From assembly GCA_963717645.1 (NCBI GenBank), contig CAVQWQ010000001.1, positions 4,994-68,993 of the forward strand: DNA of 64,000 nucleotides, written 5' to 3'. Source of the DNA: an uncultured Actinomycetes bacterium. Its GTDB lineage: Bacteria > Actinomycetota > Acidimicrobiia > Acidimicrobiales > AC-9. The notes below the pieces were generated by a model that saw only the letters and a list, made by a program, of their open reading frames with translations, searched no databases and was not told the origin of the DNA. This document shows, in pieces, positions 1 through 10,035 of this stretch; position 1 is the stretch's first letter, and each line of letters begins with the position of its first letter. A program made the position numbers and the translations under genes.

Positions 1-906
1 CCGACCCCAGTCGGGGTGATCCTCGAGGTCGGCGACCTGATGAGGCCAGGCGAACGGCGTCGTGATCCGCTCCGCCTCGAGCAGCGCCAGCGACTCGCCC
101 GCCTCGAAGCGCTCCTGGAGCACCAGGCAGCCGCCGGCGGCCAGCGTGGCGCCCATCACCATGCTGAAACCGGCAGACCAGAACAACGGGTACGGGCTCC
201 ACACCCGCTCGTCGGCGCCCAGGCGGAGGTGACGCACGAAGCGCCAGCTCTGGAGGCTCGGCGCCCGGTGGCCGTGCAGGACACCCTTGGGGTTGGCCGT
301 CGATCCCGACGTGTAGATGACGATGGCGTCGTCAAAGGGGGAGACGCGTGCCGCGCAGGCGTGCAGGTGTTCCTCGGGCACGGTGTCGGCTGCTGCGAGG
401 AGGTCGGTCCAGGAGTCGGTCCCCAGGCACACCACCCGTCGCAGGAAGGGGAAACGGGTGGACCGCTGCCCGCTCCACATCGTGCGCACCTCATCGAGGT
501 AGGCGTGTCGACCGAGTCCCTCCTGGAGGAGCAGCACGGCGATGTCCGAGTGCGCCAGTACGTGCTCGAGCTCCCGCGGCTCGTAGAAGGTGTTCACCGG
601 GACGAGGACGCCCCCGGCCATTGCCACGCCGTAGGCAGCGGCCACCCACTCGGGGCGGTTGCCCATCAGGAGGCCGACCCGGGTTCCCTTCCCGACCTCT
701 GCGGCCAGGAGGGCCCGACCGATCCGCCGGGCCTCGCGACCGAGCTGCTCGTACGTCCACCGCGTCGTCGCCGCCGAGCCGGTCGGCCGCCAGGCCACCG
801 CCTCCCGGTACCCGTGACGCCTGACGACCTCGGCGAGGAAGCCTCCGAGGGTGAGCGCACCGATCCCGCCCTCGGTCTCCGGGGCTGGCCCGGAGAAGGT
901 CGTCAC
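1..906 (-). CDS. AMP-dependent acyl-CoA synthetase/ligase, N-terminal ~300 aa (3' end lies beyond window start)
   Basis: My own reverse-strand translation gives VTTFSGPAPETEGG...WTYEQLGREARRIGRALL...DDAIVIYTSGSTANPKGVLHGH, which contains the AMP-binding TSGSTxxPKG signature. It is missing from the ORF track because there is no stop in the window. The listed + ORF 16..1041 is its antisense shadow. The GTG start at 906 overlaps the upstream stop (GTGA). Confidence 0.8.
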   Translation of the reverse strand, partial: MTTFSGPAPETEGGIGALTLGGFLAEVVRRHGYREAVAWRPTGSAATTRWTYEQLGREARRIGRALLAAEVGKGTRVGLLMGNRPEWVAAAYGVAMAGGVLVPVNTFYEPRELEHVLAHSDIAVLLLQEGLGRHAYLDEVRTMWSGQRSTRFPFLRRVVCLGTDSWTDLLAAADTVPEEHLHACAARVSPFDDAIVIYTSGSTANPKGVLHGHRAPSLQSWRFVRHLRLGADERVWSPYPLFWSAGFSMVMGATLAAGGCLVLQERFEAGESLALLEAERITTPFAWPHQVADLEDHPDWGR

Positions 907-2069
907 GCCGGGATCTCGACCTCGACCGGCCCCTTGGCCATGACCGCGCCGTCCTGGGTGGTCATCACGACCTCGATGGTCACGACGCCGGCTCCGAGGG
1001 TGGGGTCGTGGCGGGTACCGGTGACCTCGCCGTCGAGGTAGGTCACGTCGCCCTCGAAGGCCGGGAAGCGGTACTGGACAGCCGAATGACGGGTCAGGGC
1101 GCGGTCGCCCGCCCACATGGCCACGTAGTCCAGGACCCAGGCGCCCATGGACGCCCCGTACCCGTACGCCCGGGGCATGCCGATCACCTGGGCGTGCTCG
1201 ACGTCGGTGTGCCCGCGCGAGGGCCCGCTGTACAGGCCGTCGCCCAGGGCCGGATCGGCCTTCGCCTCCTCCAGCTTGCGGTCCATCTCGGGCAGCCACC
1301 CGGCCTCGGTGAGGTGATCGGGACCTTCCTGAACGCTCGAGCCCCAGACGGTGAAGATGTAGGACCGCCACTCCGTGGCGAAGGTCGACAGGGTGTGGGG
1401 ACCGATCGGCCGAGTGGGGAGCCGCTGGCCCACCTCGACCTCCTCCAGCACCGGACCGGAGGATCCGGCCCGGCTGGCGACCCACGCCGACCGCTGCTCG
1501 GCCACCGCGGCCAGGCGCTCGGCCGTCCACGTCGGCCGGGGCGCGGCCTGCTCGAAGAACCCGCGGCGGCGAGCCTCCTCGGCCAGGTAGCGCACCGCCG
1601 TCGACCACTGCCGGGCGACCGTGTCCCCACGCTGGTTCGTGTAGACGGTCTCGCCCCGGCTGAACATGGTCGGTCCGGCGAACTTGGTGTCGGACACCTT
1701 GTAGTCCACGAAACGCCGGCGCATGCGCAGGTGGTCGCCCGGGTGGACTCGGGGCCCGGCGAACCACCACTCGTCGCCCCCGAAGATCATGTGGCTCCCG
1801 GGCAGGCTCCCCACGATGGCGGGACCGGCCCCGTGTCCGACGTCGCAGCAGATGGTGAACGACTGTGGTGCCACGATCCGCCCCAAGGGGCCGGCCGCCG
1901 CCACCTCGTCGTCGTAGTGGATCGGGTTCGGGTACTGCATGCCCTGCACCCAGCGTCGGATGTCCGTCACGGTGACGGGCTCCTTGAGCTGGCCCCCGCC
2001 GACGGGTCGCCCCACGTGGCGGTCCACGTCGCTGGTGTCGAGCACCACTGCGTCACCGACCTGCGTCAT
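903..2069 (-). CDS. MaoC-family double hot-dog (enoyl-CoA hydratase/dehydratase-like) protein
   Basis: This is the track ORF 903..2390, trimmed to the internal ATG (MTQVGDAVVLD...). The N-terminal half has VTVTDIRRWVQGMQYPNPIHYDDE (MaoC_dehydrat_N-like). The C-terminal half has GMPRAYGYGASMGAWVLDY...QYRFPAFEGD (MaoC-like). The discarded 107 N-terminal residues are Ser/Gly/Arg-rich junk. Confidence 0.7.
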   Translation of the reverse strand: MTQVGDAVVLDTSDVDRHVGRPVGGGQLKEPVTVTDIRRWVQGMQYPNPIHYDDEVAAAGPLGRIVAPQSFTICCDVGHGAGPAIVGSLPGSHMIFGGDEWWFAGPRVHPGDHLRMRRRFVDYKVSDTKFAGPTMFSRGETVYTNQRGDTVARQWSTAVRYLAEEARRRGFFEQAAPRPTWTAERLAAVAEQRSAWVASRAGSSGPVLEEVEVGQRLPTRPIGPHTLSTFATEWRSYIFTVWGSSVQEGPDHLTEAGWLPEMDRKLEEAKADPALGDGLYSGPSRGHTDVEHAQVIGMPRAYGYGASMGAWVLDYVAMWAGDRALTRHSAVQYRFPAFEGDVTYLDGEVTGTRHDPTLGAGVVTIEVVMTTQDGAVMAKGPVEVEIPA

Positions 2070-2223
2070 CCCAACCCCCTGATGCTCGCAGCACTCCCTG
2101 ACGGCTATGTCAGCAAGGACCCTACACCGGTGGCCCAGAACAAGCCCGGCGCGCGCTGTGTACCGGGTACAAGGCCCCCCCAAGAGCCCACCCGCAGAGC
2201 CGATCGTGCCAGGCTGTAGGGCC

Positions 2224-3309
2224 GTGGACCTTCCCGTCATGCCCCCGATCGAGCCCATGCTGGCCAAGCTGGCCCGCGAGCTGCCCACTGTGGCGGGCAC
2301 GCTGTACGAGCCCAAGTGGGACGGATTTCGCACCATCGTCTTCCGCGACGGGGACGAGGTGGAGCTCGGGAGCCGGAACGAGCGACCCATGACCCGTTAC
2401 TTTCCCGAGGTGCTCGACTCGGTGCGGGAGTCGCTGCCCGCGCGCTGCGTCGTCGACGGGGAGATCGTGATCGCCGGGGCGGCCGGCCTCGATTTCGACG
2501 CCTTGCAGCAGCGCATCCATCCCGCCGAGTCGCGGGTTCGACGCCTCGCCTCCGAGACGCCGGCGTCCTTCGTGGCCTTCGACCTGCTCGCCCTGGGCGA
2601 CAAGGACCTGCGGTCGGATCCCCTGCGCCGGCGGCGGGAGCACCTGGTCGGTGCCATGCGCTCCGCCCGCCCGCCCATCCACCTCACACCGGCCACCACC
2701 GACCGGGAGCTCGCTGAGCAATGGTTCTCACGCTTCGAGGGCGCCGGTCTCGACGGCATCGTCGCCAAGGGGCTCGAGGACACCTACCGGGAAGGCAAGC
2801 GGGCGATGCTCAAGGTGAAGCACGAGCGCACCGCGGACTGTGTCGTCGCCGGCTTCCGCTGGCACAAGCAAGGCGGCATCATCGGGTCCCTGCTCCTCGG
2901 CCTGTACGACGACGAGGGCACCCTGCACAACCTCGGGGTGACCGCGTCGTTCTCCATGGAGCGGCGCCGGCAGCTTGTCCTCGAGCTCGAGCCCTATCGC
3001 ACCGAGGACCTCAGCGGCCACCCCTGGAAGGGGTGGGCCGAGGCGGAAGTCGGCGCCGCAGCGGACGAAGGTCGCAAGCCGGGAGCCCGCAGCCGGTGGA
3101 ACGCAAAGAAGGACCTCAGCTGGGAGCCCCTCCGTCCTGAGCTGGTCTGCGAGGTGGCCTACGACCACCTCCAGGGGAACCGGTTCCGCCACGCCACGAC
3201 GTTCCGCCGGTGGCGCCCCGACCGCCGCCCCGAGACCTGCACCTACAGCCAGCTCGACACCGCCGTCCCCGAGGAGCTGGCGACGGTCTTCGGCACGCGC
3301 AGCGGGTGA
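2224..3309 (+). CDS. ligC: ATP-dependent DNA ligase, LigC-type (~361 aa)
   Basis: Contains VDLPVMPPIEPMLAKLARELP...YEPKWDGFRTIVFRDGDEVELGSRNERPMTRYFPEV, with the KxDG adenylation motif, followed by an OB-fold-like C-terminus. The start is assigned to GTG 2224; ATG 2239 is an alternative. Confidence 0.85.
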   Translation: MDLPVMPPIEPMLAKLARELPTVAGTLYEPKWDGFRTIVFRDGDEVELGSRNERPMTRYFPEVLDSVRESLPARCVVDGEIVIAGAAGLDFDALQQRIHPAESRVRRLASETPASFVAFDLLALGDKDLRSDPLRRRREHLVGAMRSARPPIHLTPATTDRELAEQWFSRFEGAGLDGIVAKGLEDTYREGKRAMLKVKHERTADCVVAGFRWHKQGGIIGSLLLGLYDDEGTLHNLGVTASFSMERRRQLVLELEPYRTEDLSGHPWKGWAEAEVGAAADEGRKPGARSRWNAKKDLSWEPLRPELVCEVAYDHLQGNRFRHATTFRRWRPDRRPETCTYSQLDTAVPEELATVFGTRSG

Positions 3310-3312
3310 GCG

Positions 3313-4038
3313 CTACGCGAAGCGGCGCGCGTCCTCGGCCGTGTAGGAAGCGACCGCGGCGTCGGCTCGCGCCGTCAACTCGAGCCGCTCGACCACCTCG
3401 GCCAGACGCGACGCAGGGATGGCGCAGGTCACCTCGCCGCTCGACATGCCGGTTCGGGTGCGGCTCAGCATGCAGCCGACGCTGGCGACCACCGCACCCT
3501 CCTCCTTGGCCGCGGCGACGATGTGGCACTGGGGCTTGCCCTCGACCCGGAGACCAGGCAGGGCATCGGAGAGGACCATCAAGGACTTTGCCGTGAGCCG
3601 GAGGAGGATCACGTCGGGGTCGACCGGCGTGTCGGCGAGGGGTCCGTAGGTGATGGCACCGGGGCGGTCTCGGACGACGGGGATGCTCGGGATCATGTCC
3701 GCCGTGATCCAGCCCGAGTCGAGGAGGGCAGCGATGTCGGTCCGGCCGCCGAGCTCGTCCATGGTCGCCAAACCGTGGGTCATGCTGCCCACGCTGCAGT
3801 TGCCGTGGTCCTCCGGTGCCGTGGTGAAGGTGCGCTCGGCTCCTCGCATCCAGAAGACGCAGCCCGCCGGCACCCGCCCGGTGCGCCCGTCCTCCGCGGG
3901 TGGCGGCATGGGCGCGTCGTAGGGCTCGACGCCGGCGGGCGCCTCGGCCGAGAACGTGATGGCGACCGGGGGCGCGCTGGGATGGAGGCTGGACTGGAGT
4001 GCGTCAGCGAGTGTGGTCCACATCGGAGCTCCGTTCAT
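3313..4038 (-). CDS. DUF169 family protein
   Basis: The pattern VAITFSAE...AGCVFWMRG...EDHGNCSVG...PDVILLRL...GCMLSRTRTGMSSGEVTCAIPASRLAEVVERLE matches my recollection of DUF169 proteins (~240 aa). Confidence 0.65.
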   Translation of the reverse strand: MNGAPMWTTLADALQSSLHPSAPPVAITFSAEAPAGVEPYDAPMPPPAEDGRTGRVPAGCVFWMRGAERTFTTAPEDHGNCSVGSMTHGLATMDELGGRTDIAALLDSGWITADMIPSIPVVRDRPGAITYGPLADTPVDPDVILLRLTAKSLMVLSDALPGLRVEGKPQCHIVAAAKEEGAVVASVGCMLSRTRTGMSSGEVTCAIPASRLAEVVERLELTARADAAVASYTAEDARRFA

Positions 4039-5654
4039 GGTGTCGGTGTCTCGTTGCCGTGGGCGGCGACGGCCATCGCCCGCAGGCGCCCGTAGTCGGC
4101 CTTGCCGTTGGCGGCCCTGCCGATCGTCTCTACGACGACGACGTGGCGAGGTGCCTTGTAGCTCGCCAGTCGATCCTTCACGTGGGCCGCGAGGTCGTCG
4201 CTGTCGAGCTTCGCGTCGGGGTCGACCTCGACGACGGCGCAGATGGCCTCACCGAAGCGCTCGTCCGGAATACCGACCACGATCGCGTCGCGCACGGCTG
4301 GATGAAGCTTGAGAACCTCCTCGACCTCCTCGGGAAAGACCTTCTCGCCTCCCGTGTTGATGCACACCGACCCGCGGCCGAGCACGCGCAGCGTGCCGTC
4401 GGCGTCGACGGTGGCGTTGTCGCCGGGGATCGAGTAGCGCGCCCCGTCGATGGTGCGAAAGGTCTGCGCCGTCTTGTCGGGATCCTTGTAGTAGCCCACG
4501 GGGTTGCGCCCGCGCACCGCGAGCCGGCCGACCTCGCCCGAGCCGGGCACGACGTCCCGCCCGTCGTCGCGGATGACCCTGGCGTTGCGGCCGAGCACGA
4601 AGCGCGCCGTACGGGCTCGCCCCTCTGAGCTGGAGATCGAGCGGCCCATGCCGAGGGCCTCCGAGGACGCGAAGGAGTCGACGAGGAGAAGGCCTGGATG
4701 GTGGCGCAGCAGCCCCTGCTTGGTCGGCTCGCTCCACATCACCCCCGAGGAGATCACCACGCCGAGGCTCGAGATGTCCCATCGGCCCGGTGCCTCGTCC
4801 AGCACCCGGAGGATCGGCTTGGCGAAGGCATCACCCACGATCGACGTGTTGTTGACGCGTTCGGCGGCCACGGTGGAGACGAACTCCTCGGGGTCGAAGG
4901 CACGGCCCGGCAGCAGGACGACCGATCCGCCCGAGCTGAGGCCCGTGAAAGCGGTGAAGGCGCCAGTGCCGTGCATGAGCGGACAGGCCGGAAGGAAGAC
5001 CGGTCCCGCGCCCGTGATGGCGCGCCGCACACCGGCGAGGCTGGCGTCCTCGTCGTGCTTGACCGCCGCCGCCACATTGAGGGCCGCGAACAGGTCGTCC
5101 TGGCGCCACATGACGCCCTTGGGCATGCCCGTGGTCCCGCCCGTGTAGAGCAGGTACAGATCGTCGCCGCTGCGACCCCAGGGCGGTGTCACCCGCCCGC
5201 CGCCTGACTTCACCGCGTCCTCGTAGGCGAGTGCCCAGTCGGGACAGGGGCCCGATCCGTCGTCCACCCACAGCCAGCCCTTGATCCGTGGAAGCCGCGG
5301 ACGAAGCCGCTCGATGCGCTCGCTGAAGGCGCCGTGGAAGACGACGGCCACGGTGTCGGCGTTGTCCCAGAGGTAGACCAGCTCGTCGTCGCCGTAGCGG
5401 TAGTTCGTGTTGACCGGGACGAGCCCCGCCTTGAAGGCGCCGAACACCGACTCTACGTACTCGGGGCAGTTGTAGAGGTACTGGGCCACCTTGTCCTGGG
5501 CGCCGACGCCGAGATCGAGCAGGGCGCGAGCCAGGCCGTTGGCCCGCTGGTCGATCTCGGCCCACGACCGACGGCGCTCGCCCTGTACCAGCGCGGGGGC
5601 GTCAGGAAGAGTCTCGGCCACGACCTCCCACACGTCGGCGAAGTTCCAAGGCAT
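4035..5654 (-). CDS. long-chain/medium-chain acyl-CoA synthetase (AMP-binding, FadD-like)
   Basis: 539-aa ORF with the YTGGTTGMPKGVMW AMP-binding motif and a typical C-terminal ...GEKVFPEEVEEVLKLHPAV...KAPRHVVVVETIGRAANGKADY. Its stop overlaps the DUF169 start. Confidence 0.85.
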   Translation of the reverse strand: MPWNFADVWEVVAETLPDAPALVQGERRRSWAEIDQRANGLARALLDLGVGAQDKVAQYLYNCPEYVESVFGAFKAGLVPVNTNYRYGDDELVYLWDNADTVAVVFHGAFSERIERLRPRLPRIKGWLWVDDGSGPCPDWALAYEDAVKSGGGRVTPPWGRSGDDLYLLYTGGTTGMPKGVMWRQDDLFAALNVAAAVKHDEDASLAGVRRAITGAGPVFLPACPLMHGTGAFTAFTGLSSGGSVVLLPGRAFDPEEFVSTVAAERVNNTSIVGDAFAKPILRVLDEAPGRWDISSLGVVISSGVMWSEPTKQGLLRHHPGLLLVDSFASSEALGMGRSISSSEGRARTARFVLGRNARVIRDDGRDVVPGSGEVGRLAVRGRNPVGYYKDPDKTAQTFRTIDGARYSIPGDNATVDADGTLRVLGRGSVCINTGGEKVFPEEVEEVLKLHPAVRDAIVVGIPDERFGEAICAVVEVDPDAKLDSDDLAAHVKDRLASYKAPRHVVVVETIGRAANGKADYGRLRAMAVAAHGNETPTP

Positions 5655-5698
5655 CGGTGGGCGATCTTATGGGCGCCACGCCGATACTCTGAACTGCC

Positions 5699-6865
5699 GT
5701 GGATCTCGAGCTGCCGCCGGAAGACCATCCCCAGCGGGTCGCGGTGCGGTCGTGGCTCGAGGACCACCCGCACGCAGCTGGCCGACAGCTGGCCGAGGCC
5801 GGCTATGTCGCCCCGCACTGGCCGAGGCCCTGGGGGCTCGAGGCCGATCCCATCGCCCAGCTGGTGATCGACGACGAGCTGCGCCGCGCCGGCGTGGCCC
5901 GACCGATCAACCCGATCGGTATCGGGTGGGCCGGTCCGACCCTGCTGCACGCCGGCACTCGAGCCCAGCAGGAGCGGTACCTGATGCCGATGCTGGCCGG
6001 CGAGGAGCTGTGGTGTCAGCTCTTCAGCGAGCCCGGGGCCGGATCGGACCTGGCTGACCTCTCGACCCGGGCCGTCCGGGACGGGGACACCTACGTGATC
6101 TCCGGCCAGAAGGTGTGGACCTCGTTGGCGCACCTGTCGCGCTTCGGGATCCTCCTCGCTAGGACGGACTCAGACGTCCCGAAGCACCAGGGGATCTCCT
6201 ACTTCGTGTGCCCGATGGACAGCGCTGGCATCACCATCCGTCCCATCGTCGAGATGACCGGCGTCCACCTGTTCAACGAGGTGTTCCTCGACGAGGTCCG
6301 TATCCCGGTGGAGAACCGTGTGGGCGACGAGAACAAGGGGTGGGCGCTGGCCAAGGTGACCCTCGGCAACGAGCGGGTGTCGCTGTCGGGGGAGGGCGCC
6401 CTGTGGGGACGCGGCCCGACGGCCGAGGACCTCCTGGCGCTGGCCCGAAAGGCTGGCGGTGTCTCCGACCCCCACCTGCGCCAGCACCTGGCCCAGCTGC
6501 ACATCGAGGCCGAGGTGCTCCGGCTCATCCGCCTCCGCGCCGTGACGGCGGCGGTGAAGGGGCGCCAGCCCGGCCCGGAGGCGTCTGTGCGCAAGGCGCT
6601 CGCCGACGAGCACGGTCAGCGCATCATGGGCCTGGCCAAGGATCTGGCCGGGGCACACGGCATGCTGGCGGGGTCGGCGCCGTTCGGGGTGACCGACACC
6701 GAGTGGTCCTACGGCTACCTCTTCTCGCCGGCGCTCACGATCGGTGGTGGCACGTCGGAGGTCCAGCGCAACATCATCGCCGAGCGGGCGCTGGGACTGC
6801 CCCACGACATCGACGTCGAGGCGGGCAAGACCTGGGCCGAGTCCCGGAGGGCCGTACGGGCCTGA
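5699..6865 (+). CDS. acyl-CoA dehydrogenase
   Basis: 388 aa with WCQLFSEPGAGSDLADLSTRAVRDGDTYVISGQKVWTS and a C-terminal IGGGTSEVQRNIIAERALGLP, both typical ACAD motifs. It is divergent from the fadD-like gene. Confidence 0.85.
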   Translation: MDLELPPEDHPQRVAVRSWLEDHPHAAGRQLAEAGYVAPHWPRPWGLEADPIAQLVIDDELRRAGVARPINPIGIGWAGPTLLHAGTRAQQERYLMPMLAGEELWCQLFSEPGAGSDLADLSTRAVRDGDTYVISGQKVWTSLAHLSRFGILLARTDSDVPKHQGISYFVCPMDSAGITIRPIVEMTGVHLFNEVFLDEVRIPVENRVGDENKGWALAKVTLGNERVSLSGEGALWGRGPTAEDLLALARKAGGVSDPHLRQHLAQLHIEAEVLRLIRLRAVTAAVKGRQPGPEASVRKALADEHGQRIMGLAKDLAGAHGMLAGSAPFGVTDTEWSYGYLFSPALTIGGGTSEVQRNIIAERALGLPHDIDVEAGKTWAESRRAVRA

Positions 6866-6884
6866 AGCGGGGCGTCGACCCTTC

Positions 6885-8099
6885 TCAGCGAAATGCTCCG
6901 GAGCCGCTCATCAACCCCCGCTCCCACCTCCACGGGGTGAGCGGCGCCGCTCGCGGATAGTCCTCGAACAGCCAGCGGGCGAAGGCGCGACGGGTCCAGT
7001 CCGTGGCCCCGACGACCCGGACGGCGCCGCGGGCGCCCTTGCGGTGGCGAAGGACGCGTGAGAGGGCGCTGGACAGGTGGTGGTTGAGGGCGAGATTTCG
7101 GGCCACGTCCCGGCGGTAGCGGCTGGCGACCCTGGCCGGGTCCTCGGCGCGACCGTCGAGGATGGCGTCGGCGGCCAGCACCGCAGTCTCCAGGGCCTGG
7201 GCGATGCCCTCGCCGGTCATCGGATCGGTGGCCCGGGCGGCGTCCCCGGCGAACAGGACCCGGCCTCCCGCCGCGGTGAGCGGGCTGGTCGTGACCCGGG
7301 CGGGGATGGGCCAGGCCCGGTGGGGCGACTCGGGCTCGGCCGCCGGGCCCAGCACGGCGCGAAGAGCGGGGCGGTCGGCCAGGCCGGCCCAGGTTCTGGC
7401 CATGTCGCCGGTGGGCCGCCCCGCCTCGCGAGGCAGGCCGAAGCCGACGTTGGCCCGACCGTCGGGAAGGGGAAAGGACCAGGCGTAGCCGGGCAGCAGG
7501 TCGGCCTCGAACCACACCCACATGTCGGCCGCGTCGGGGCCCACGTTGGCGAAGTACTGCCGGAAGGCGTGCCACTCGCCCAGATAGCCGGGCTCTTCGC
7601 CTTGGCCCAGGGCCTTGCGGAGCGGGGACCACATGCCGTCGGCGCCGATGGCGTGGCGGACCGCGAGCTGATCGACGCCGTCGGCCTCCAGGACCACCCT
7701 GTCGCCGGCCAGGCTCGCACCTCTGAGCGCGCGCCCGTCGAGGACGGTCGCGCCGGCGTCGCGGGCCAGCTCGACCAGGGCGGCGTCGAGGTCGCGGCGC
7801 TGGGCCACGGCCGCGAACGTGCCCTGGTCCCGGGGAAAGGGCAGCCGGGCCACGCGGCCCGACGGTGACCGGACCACGATGTCGTCCACCGCCTGCCAGG
7901 ACGCCACCGACTTGGGGTCGAGCCCGAGGCGGTCCAGTCGACGCAGGGCATCGGTGGTCAGGCCGTCGCCACAGCACTTGTCCCGCGGGAAGCGGGCCCG
8001 GTCCAGCACGACGACGTCGATGCCGGCCCGGGCCAGCCGGACAGCCGCGGCCGACCCTGCGGGACCGGCGCCCACAACGGCGACATCGGCATCGAGCAT
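6885..8099 (-). CDS. geranylgeranyl reductase-family FAD-dependent oxidoreductase
   Basis: Trimmed to MLDADVAVVGAGPAGSAAAVRLARAGIDVVVLDRARFPRDKCCGDGLT, a GxGxxG FAD fold with the CGDG motif typical of this family. Confidence 0.75.
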   Translation of the reverse strand: MLDADVAVVGAGPAGSAAAVRLARAGIDVVVLDRARFPRDKCCGDGLTTDALRRLDRLGLDPKSVASWQAVDDIVVRSPSGRVARLPFPRDQGTFAAVAQRRDLDAALVELARDAGATVLDGRALRGASLAGDRVVLEADGVDQLAVRHAIGADGMWSPLRKALGQGEEPGYLGEWHAFRQYFANVGPDAADMWVWFEADLLPGYAWSFPLPDGRANVGFGLPREAGRPTGDMARTWAGLADRPALRAVLGPAAEPESPHRAWPIPARVTTSPLTAAGGRVLFAGDAARATDPMTGEGIAQALETAVLAADAILDGRAEDPARVASRYRRDVARNLALNHHLSSALSRVLRHRKGARGAVRVVGATDWTRRAFARWLFEDYPRAAPLTPWRWERGLMSGSGAFR

Positions 8100-8213
8100 C
8101 GCCCCGAGGCTATGTCCTGGCGGCTTCGCCGCCCCGGTGGGGCCCCATCCCCGCCCTCCTCTGATTCTGGCCAACATCGGCGGCGGGGCCCAAGCCCGTC
8201 GCCGGCCGTGAGG

Positions 8214-9128
8214 TCAGCCGCCGAGGTCGGCGTCGAGCGCCCCCGCCAGGTCGGGATGGCGAAAGGTGTAGCCGGTCGCCTCCAGCCTGGCTGGCCGCAC
8301 TCGCTGGCTGACCAGCACGGTCTCCCTTGCCATCTCGGGGCCCAGGGCGGCCTCGAGGGCGAACCTCGGGACGCGGAGCATGGTGGGGCGTCCCAAGGCG
8401 GCGCCGAGGGTCCTGGTGAGCTCGGTGTTGGTGACGGGGTTGGGGGCGGTGGCGTTGAGGGGTCCCCGAACGCTGTCATGCGTGATGGCGTGGAGGATGG
8501 CGTCGACCTCGTCGGCCAGCGAGACCCAGCTGACGTACTGACGTCCCGCTCCCAGCTGGCCGCCGAGGCCGAGCTTGAAGAGCGGGAGCTGCTTGCCCAG
8601 TGCGCCTCCCTTGGCGCTGAGCACGATGCCCGAGCGCAGGTGGACGACTCGCACCCCGGCCGTCTCGGCCGCCGCCGTCGCCGCCTCCCAGGCCTGGGCG
8701 ACCTCGGCCAGGAAGCCCGTTCCCGGCTCGCTGTCCTCGGTGAGCACCTCGTCGCCCCGGTCGCCGTAGTAGCCGATGGCCGACCCGCTGACCATGACCG
8801 CGGGGGGTCGGTCCAGCTGGGCCAGGGCGGTGGCGAGCTGGGTCGTCCCTTCGACGCGGCTGTCGCGCAGGCGGGCCTTGTAGGCGGGCGACCAGCGGCG
8901 GGCCAGGCTCGCTCCCGCCAGGTGGACGAGGGCGTCGGCGCCCTCCATGGCCGCGGTGTCGATGGTGCGGGCCTCGATGTCCCAGCTCACGTGGCCGGGA
9001 CCCGAATGGGTCCCGGCGGGGCCGCGGACGATCGGCCCGACCTCGTCGCCCCTCGTCCGCAGGGTGCGGACGAGGGCAGTGCCGATCAAACCGTGGGAAC
9101 CGCTGACGAGGACCCGCATGGGTACCAT
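8214..9128 (-). CDS. TIGR01777-type NAD-dependent epimerase/dehydratase family protein (SDR with DUF1731 C-terminus)
   Basis: Has MRVLVSGSHGLIGTALVRTL (Rossmann GxxGxxG) and a C-terminal RVRPARLEATGYTFRHPDL, characteristic of the YfcH/TIGR01777 family. Confidence 0.75.
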   Translation of the reverse strand: MVPMRVLVSGSHGLIGTALVRTLRTRGDEVGPIVRGPAGTHSGPGHVSWDIEARTIDTAAMEGADALVHLAGASLARRWSPAYKARLRDSRVEGTTQLATALAQLDRPPAVMVSGSAIGYYGDRGDEVLTEDSEPGTGFLAEVAQAWEAATAAAETAGVRVVHLRSGIVLSAKGGALGKQLPLFKLGLGGQLGAGRQYVSWVSLADEVDAILHAITHDSVRGPLNATAPNPVTNTELTRTLGAALGRPTMLRVPRFALEAALGPEMARETVLVSQRVRPARLEATGYTFRHPDLAGALDADLGG

Positions 9129-9158
9129 CGTCGCGCCGTCGCGGGGTCCGCCGGCCCG

Positions 9159-9971
9159 TCAGCTGCCGCTGCCGAGCCGGCTCCGTTCGAGCGCCCGCCG
9201 CACGGTCGCAGCGAAGGCGTCCGGGTGGGTGAGGTGGGCCCCGTGGCCGGCGCCCTCGACCTCGACCAGCTCGGCGCCGGGGATGAGGCCGGCGAAGGCC
9301 TCGGCTCCCCTTCGATGGTGGGGTGCGGAGAGCTCGCCTCTGGCGATCACGGTGGGCACCGCCACGCCCGCCGGGTCGAACGGCGCACCGCCGTCGCGCA
9401 GCGACGTCATCTCGGCGATCAGCGCCGGCCCCTCATCGCGTCGCCGGGCCCGGGTGCGCTCGGGCAGTCGCTCCCAGCGGGCATCGCCGATCACGCGGCG
9501 CATGAAGCTCTCGGCCGCGTCCTCCGGTCCGCGGGCGTCGGCGGCGGAGCCGCCGGCGCTCCGCTTGGGCCACCACGGCAGCCACGGCGCCGGCGGTTCG
9601 TAGGCCACCACCGCACGGATCTGCTCTGGCCGCCGCCAGGCGGCGGCCAGAGCCATGGCTCCTCCGTAGCTGTGGCCGGCCGCCACTGCGTGGCGGCCGG
9701 CAAGGACCGCGAAGAGATCGTCCACGTGCTCATCGAGCGTGCGGGCGAGCGGGCGCGCATCCCTCGAGCGGTGGTAGCCGCGCCGGTCATAGGTGAGCAC
9801 CTGCAGGTCGCTCAGACGGGTCACGACACGCGAGAAGCTGGGGCCACGGTCCATCGACCCGTGGACGAGCGCCACGAGGTCGGCGCCCTCGGACGAGGCT
9901 CCGCGCACGTCCACGTGCAGGCCGGACGGAAGGAGCGGCACGCTCGTCGTGCTACCACCCGATGCGGCCAT
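9159..9971 (-). CDS. alpha/beta hydrolase
   Basis: Has LVHGSMDRGPSF...VAAGHSYGGAMAL (GxSxG nucleophile elbow)...GAGHGAHLTHPDAF. The start is trimmed to the internal ATG (MAASGG...). Confidence 0.7.
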   Translation of the reverse strand: MAASGGSTTSVPLLPSGLHVDVRGASSEGADLVALVHGSMDRGPSFSRVVTRLSDLQVLTYDRRGYHRSRDARPLARTLDEHVDDLFAVLAGRHAVAAGHSYGGAMALAAAWRRPEQIRAVVAYEPPAPWLPWWPKRSAGGSAADARGPEDAAESFMRRVIGDARWERLPERTRARRRDEGPALIAEMTSLRDGGAPFDPAGVAVPTVIARGELSAPHHRRGAEAFAGLIPGAELVEVEGAGHGAHLTHPDAFAATVRRALERSRLGSGS

Positions 9972-10035
9972 GCCGCCAGGCGCGCCGGCGTGGCCGAGGG
10001 TTAGTCTCCTGACGTTCGCGTCAGGAGGTGGCTCC

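Noticed and set aside
16-1041. A long + strand ORF (341 aa) at the window start, plus many other 150-650 aa ORFs in the track. Examples are 1008..2219+, 6715..7977-, 8112..10004+, 10021..11427-, 11159..12943-, 12886..14022-, 42680..44350-, 44257..45993+, 49351..51288-, 49983..51923+, 53478..54824+, 56358..57842-, 58963..60276-, 60171..61508- and 62571..63989-.
   Set aside because: Their translations are Arg/Pro/Gly/Ala-rich and low in complexity. Each lies antisense to, or out of frame with, a gene carrying clear family motifs. These are typical shadow ORFs of GC-rich DNA.
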